A stretch of DNA of 64,000 nucleotides. Source: Escherichia phage HP3.2. This document shows positions 58,386 through 64,000 of the stretch, in pieces (positions within the stretch are counted from its first letter, which is position 1; each line of letters begins with the position of its first letter). The DNA is taken from the sequence record OP978391.1; one strand, 5' to 3'. The notes under the pieces were generated by a model. It ran no database searches, was not told the DNA's origin, and was given only the letters and a program-made list of their open reading frames with translations. A program made the position numbers and the translations under genes.

Positions 58386-59932
58386 GTAACAATACATATC
58401 AGCACGTATCAAATGAATCAAAATATGTTAAATTCGATCCTACTGGATCGAATTTTCCTGGCACTGTTACGACAGTACAGTCTGCATTATCAAAAATAAG
58501 TAATATCGGCGTAAATGGTATTCCTGATGCAACTATGGAAGTTAAAGGAATAGCAATGATTGCGTCAGAGCAAGAGGTTTTAGATGGAACTAATAATTCT
58601 AAAATCGTTACACCAGCTACATTAGCAACAAGATTATTGTATCCAAATGCTACTGAAACTAAATATGGTTTAACGCGTTATTCAACAAATGAAGAAACAT
58701 TAAAAGGCTCAGATAATAATTCATCAATAACACCACAAAAACTGAAATACCACACTGACGATGTGTTCAAAAATAGATATTCGTCTGAGTCATCAAACGG
58801 GGTTATTAAAATATCATCTACACCTGCAGCTTTGGCTGGAGTTGATGATACTACTGCGATGACTCCGCTAAAAACCCAAAAACTTGCAATAAAATTAATT
58901 TCGCAAATAGCTCCTTCAGAAGACACTGCAACAGAATCGGTGAGAGGAGTAGTTCAATTATCTACTGTTGCACAAATTCGTCAAGGAACTCTCCGCGAAG
59001 GATATGCAATTTCCCCGTATACCTTTATGAATTCTGTTGCAACACATGAATATAAGGGTGTTATACGCCTAGGAACGCAGACTGAAATTAATAATAATTT
59101 GGGTGGTGTTGCAGTAACAGGTGAAACACTAAATGGTCGAGGAGCTACCGGTTCTATGCGTGGAGTAGTTAAATTAACGACGCAAGCCGGTATTGCCCCT
59201 GAAGGTGATAGCTCTGGAGCATTAGCATGGAACGCAGATGTAATTAATACTCGTGGTGGACAAACTATTAATGGTTCTTTAAATTTAGACCATCTTACAG
59301 CAAATGGAATTTGGTCACGCGGTGGAATGTGGAAAAATGGCGATCAACCTGTTGCCACTGAAAGATATGCGTCCGAACGAGTTCCGGTTGGAACTATTAT
59401 GATGTTTGCGGGTGATTCAGCACCTCCAGGTTGGATTATGTGTCATGGTGGAACCGTGTCAGGTGACCAATTTCCTGATTATAGAAACGTAGTTGGAACA
59501 AGATTTGGTGGCGATTGGAATAATCCTGGCGTTCCTGATATGCGGGGTCTTTTCGTCAGAGGAGCCGGCACAGGCGGTCATATTTTAAATCAACGTGGAC
59601 AAGATGGCTATGGAAAGGATAGACTGGGCGTAGGATGTGACGGAATGCATGTTGGTGGTGTTCAGGCACAACAAATGTCATACCATAAACATGCTGGTGG
59701 TTGGGGTGAATATAACAGAAGTGAAGGCCCATTTGGCGCGTCAGTTTATCAAGGATATCTTGGAACTAGAAAATATTCCGACTGGGATAATGCTTCATAC
59801 TTCACTAATGATGGATTTGAATTAGGTGGACCGAGAGATGCTCATGGTACACTTAATCGTGAAGGATTAATTGGTTATGAAACTAGACCATGGAATATAT
59901 CATTAAACTATATTATTAAAGTTCATTACTAA
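58382..59932 (+). CDS. 12: Short tail fibre gp12
   Basis: 516-aa ORF; conserved N-terminus [13 protein letters not shown]... and C-terminal ...[15 protein letters not shown]; central and distal regions differ from T4 as recalled. Confidence 0.85.
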   Translation: MSNNTYQHVSNESKYVKFDPTGSNFPGTVTTVQSALSKISNIGVNGIPDATMEVKGIAMIASEQEVLDGTNNSKIVTPATLATRLLYPNATETKYGLTRYSTNEETLKGSDNNSSITPQKLKYHTDDVFKNRYSSESSNGVIKISSTPAALAGVDDTTAMTPLKTQKLAIKLISQIAPSEDTATESVRGVVQLSTVAQIRQGTLREGYAISPYTFMNSVATHEYKGVIRLGTQTEINNNLGGVAVTGETLNGRGATGSMRGVVKLTTQAGIAPEGDSSGALAWNADVINTRGGQTINGSLNLDHLTANGIWSRGGMWKNGDQPVATERYASERVPVGTIMMFAGDSAPPGWIMCHGGTVSGDQFPDYRNVVGTRFGGDWNNPGVPDMRGLFVRGAGTGGHILNQRGQDGYGKDRLGVGCDGMHVGGVQAQQMSYHKHAGGWGEYNRSEGPFGASVYQGYLGTRKYSDWDNASYFTNDGFELGGPRDAHGTLNREGLIGYETRPWNISLNYIIKVHY

Positions 59933-59941
59933 GGATTACAA

Positions 59942-61399
59942 ATGATTGAATTAAAAGAGTTACCTTTTGTTGATAGCGTTCCTGACGAAGGTCAGGAACG
60001 TATTTCATGGATTAAAAATGGTGAAGAAATATTAGGAGCTAGTACTAAGTATGGAAATGATGGATCAATGAATAGACCAATTGTTTCCGTGTTTAAAAAC
60101 GTCGAAGTTCTTGATGAAAATGTGGGAATTCTTAAAACTGCCATTGAAACATCACAGAAAGATATTAAAACAATTCAAGGAGTTTTAGATGTATCAGGAG
60201 ATATAGAAGCACTATCGCAGATCAGTGTTAATAAAAATGACATATCGAATTTAAAGACACTTACCAGTGAACACACTGATATATTAACTGGAACTAATAA
60301 TACAGTTGACAAAATTATTGCTGATATAGGTCCATTTAATGATGAAGAAAACTCTGTTTATAGAACAATTAGAAATGATTTATTGTGGATTAAACAGGAA
60401 TTAGGACAATATTCTGGCCAAGACATTAACGGTCTTCCTGTTGTTGGTAATGCTAGCACAGGAATGAAACACAGAATAATAACAAATAGTACATTATTAT
60501 CTTCACAAGGCATTCGTTTAAGTGAATTAGAAAATAAATTTACTGAATCTGACGTAGGATCATTAACTGTTGAAGTTGGTAAATTACGTGATGAACTTGG
60601 TAATAAACCAGTAGATTTTGGGCCAAATATTTATAATAGATTAAACACCATAGATGATAAACAAACTTTAATAATTTCTGATATAGCAGAAATTAAATCT
60701 TCTATTGGATACCCAGAAAATGTTTCTATAATAACAGAAATTAATAATAACAAAAGTAGCATTGAAGCTATTAATAATGAATTAAATCAGAGTGAAGGTG
60801 TTAAACAGCGCTTAACGGCTATTGAAACTTCTATAGGTTCAGATGATATTCCTTCTAGTATTAAAGGAAAAATTAAAAATCACACAACTTCTATTGAGTC
60901 TTTAAACGGAATTGTTGGTGAAAACACTTCGTCTGGTTTAAGAGCGAATGTTTCGTGGTTAAATCAAATTGTTGGAACTGACTCCAGCGGAGGACAACCG
61001 TCTCCTTCTGGATCTCTATTAAATAAAGTTTCAGTGCTTGAAGGAGAAGTTTCAGTTTTAAACAATAATGTTCAAAATATACAAGTTGAAATAGGAAATA
61101 ATAGAACAGGAATTAAAGGTCAAGTTATTGAACTTACTTCACTTATAAATGGAAATAATCCTGACGGATCAACTGTTGAAGAACGAGGATTAACTAATTC
61201 TATAAAAACGAATGAAACTAACATTGCGGTAGTCACGCATGAAGTAAATACAGCTAAAGACAATATATCCTCTTTACAGAGCAGCGTTCAAGCTCTACAA
61301 GAAGCAGGTTATATTCCTGAAGCTCCAAAAGATGGCCAAGCTTACGTTCGTAAAGACGGCGAATGGGTACTACTTTCTACCTTTTTATCACCAGCATAA
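59942..61399 (+). CDS. wac: Fibritin (whisker) Wac
   Basis: 485-aa ORF with segmented coiled coil and C-terminal foldon-like [27 protein letters not shown]. Confidence 0.9.
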   Translation: MIELKELPFVDSVPDEGQERISWIKNGEEILGASTKYGNDGSMNRPIVSVFKNVEVLDENVGILKTAIETSQKDIKTIQGVLDVSGDIEALSQISVNKNDISNLKTLTSEHTDILTGTNNTVDKIIADIGPFNDEENSVYRTIRNDLLWIKQELGQYSGQDINGLPVVGNASTGMKHRIITNSTLLSSQGIRLSELENKFTESDVGSLTVEVGKLRDELGNKPVDFGPNIYNRLNTIDDKQTLIISDIAEIKSSIGYPENVSIITEINNNKSSIEAINNELNQSEGVKQRLTAIETSIGSDDIPSSIKGKIKNHTTSIESLNGIVGENTSSGLRANVSWLNQIVGTDSSGGQPSPSGSLLNKVSVLEGEVSVLNNNVQNIQVEIGNNRTGIKGQVIELTSLINGNNPDGSTVEERGLTNSIKTNETNIAVVTHEVNTAKDNISSLQSSVQALQEAGYIPEAPKDGQAYVRKDGEWVLLSTFLSPA

Positions 61400-61402
61400 C
61401 AT

Positions 61403-61418
61403 GGGGCCGCAGGGCCCC
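61403..61418 (+). terminator. GC-rich stem-loop after wac
   Basis: GGGGCC-GCAG-GGCCCC hairpin; no clear U-tract. Confidence 0.35.
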
Positions 61419-61430
61419 AAAGGATTTTAA

Positions 61431-63132
<1,702 letters not shown>

Positions 63133-63173
63133 TAAATATTATAAACTAATTAAAGCCCAGATTAGGAGAAATC

Positions 63174-63992
63174 ATGTTTGGTTATTTTTATAATTCGTCT
63201 TTTAGACGATATGCTACCTTGATGGGCGATTTGTTTTCAAATATCCAAATCAAACGTCAGTTAGAATCTGGTGATAAGTTTATACGTGTTCCTATTACGT
63301 ATGCATCAAAGGAACACTTTATGATGAAATTGAATAAATGGACATCGATAAATTCACAAGAAGATGTGGCCAAGGTTGAAACTATTCTACCTCGTATAAA
63401 TTTGCATTTAGTTGATTTTAGCTATAATGCTCCATTTAAAACAAACATTTTAAATCAGAATTTACTGCAAAAAGGCGCAACTTCTGTAGTATCACAGTAT
63501 AATCCATCTCCTATTAAAATGATTTATGAATTGAGTATCTTTACTCGTTACGAAGACGATATGTTTCAAATAGTTGAACAGATTCTTCCATATTTTCAAC
63601 CTCATTTTAATACAACTATGTACGAACAGTTTGGAAATGATATTCCATTTAAAAGGGATATTAAAATTGTACTGATGTCTGCTGCTATAGATGAAGCTAT
63701 AGATGGAGATAATTTATCTCGTCGTAGAATCGAATGGTCACTAACATTTGAAGTAAACGGATGGATGTATCCTCCAGTAGATGATGCAGAAGGATTAATT
63801 CGTACTACTTATACAGATTTTCACGCCAATACAAGAGATTTGCCTGATGGCGAAGGTGTTTTTGAATCTGTTGATAGCGAAGTTGTTCCTCGAGATATTA
63901 ACCCAGAGGACTGGGATGGAACAGTAAAACAAACTTTCACTAGCAATGTAAATAGACCAACACCGCCAGAACCTCCTGGCCCAAGAACATAG
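63174..63992 (+). CDS. 15: Tail sheath stabiliser/tail terminator gp15
   Basis: 272-aa ORF. Confidence 0.85.
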   Translation: MFGYFYNSSFRRYATLMGDLFSNIQIKRQLESGDKFIRVPITYASKEHFMMKLNKWTSINSQEDVAKVETILPRINLHLVDFSYNAPFKTNILNQNLLQKGATSVVSQYNPSPIKMIYELSIFTRYEDDMFQIVEQILPYFQPHFNTTMYEQFGNDIPFKRDIKIVLMSAAIDEAIDGDNLSRRRIEWSLTFEVNGWMYPPVDDAEGLIRTTYTDFHANTRDLPDGEGVFESVDSEVVPRDINPEDWDGTVKQTFTSNVNRPTPPEPPGPRT

Positions 63993-64000
63993 AGGTTATT

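Overview
This window is a 64-kb segment of a T4-like (T-even, Tevenvirinae) coliphage genome, very close to T4 but not identical. Gene identities come from reading the translated ORFs and recalling T4 protein sequences and gene order; no database search was run, so every comparison with T4 is from memory. Positions 1-45,736 are densely packed early/middle genes on the minus strand (regA, 62, 44, 45, rpbA, 46, 47, a-gt, 55, nrdH, nrdG, nrdD, 49, pin, nrdC, an nrdC.x-like block, rI, tk, vs, regB, denV, e, nudE, an 11-tRNA array, internal-protein genes, 57B, 57A, 1, 3, 2, 4). Positions 45,784-63,992 are late baseplate and tail genes on the plus strand (53, 5, 5.1, 5.4, 6, 7, 8, 9, 10, 11, 12, wac, 13, 14, 15). 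Genes are tightly packed with many ATGA/TAATG start-stop overlaps, repeated GTTTAC-N18-TAnnAT early promoters, TATAAATA late promoters and GNRA/UUCG-loop hairpins. I did not find a single clear-cut new system, but several accessory loci deserve follow-up: an HNH endonuclease inserted between nrdD and nrdG with a duplicated nrdG start; three extra tRNAs (Tyr, Asn, His) that all carry GUN anticodons; four capsid-targeted internal-protein-like genes; a roughly 260-nt structured non-coding region; a tandem gene array sharing conserved translation-initiation junctions; a coiled-coil protein block; and an ATPase/nucleotidyltransferase pair. No CRISPR array and no nrdD intron were seen.
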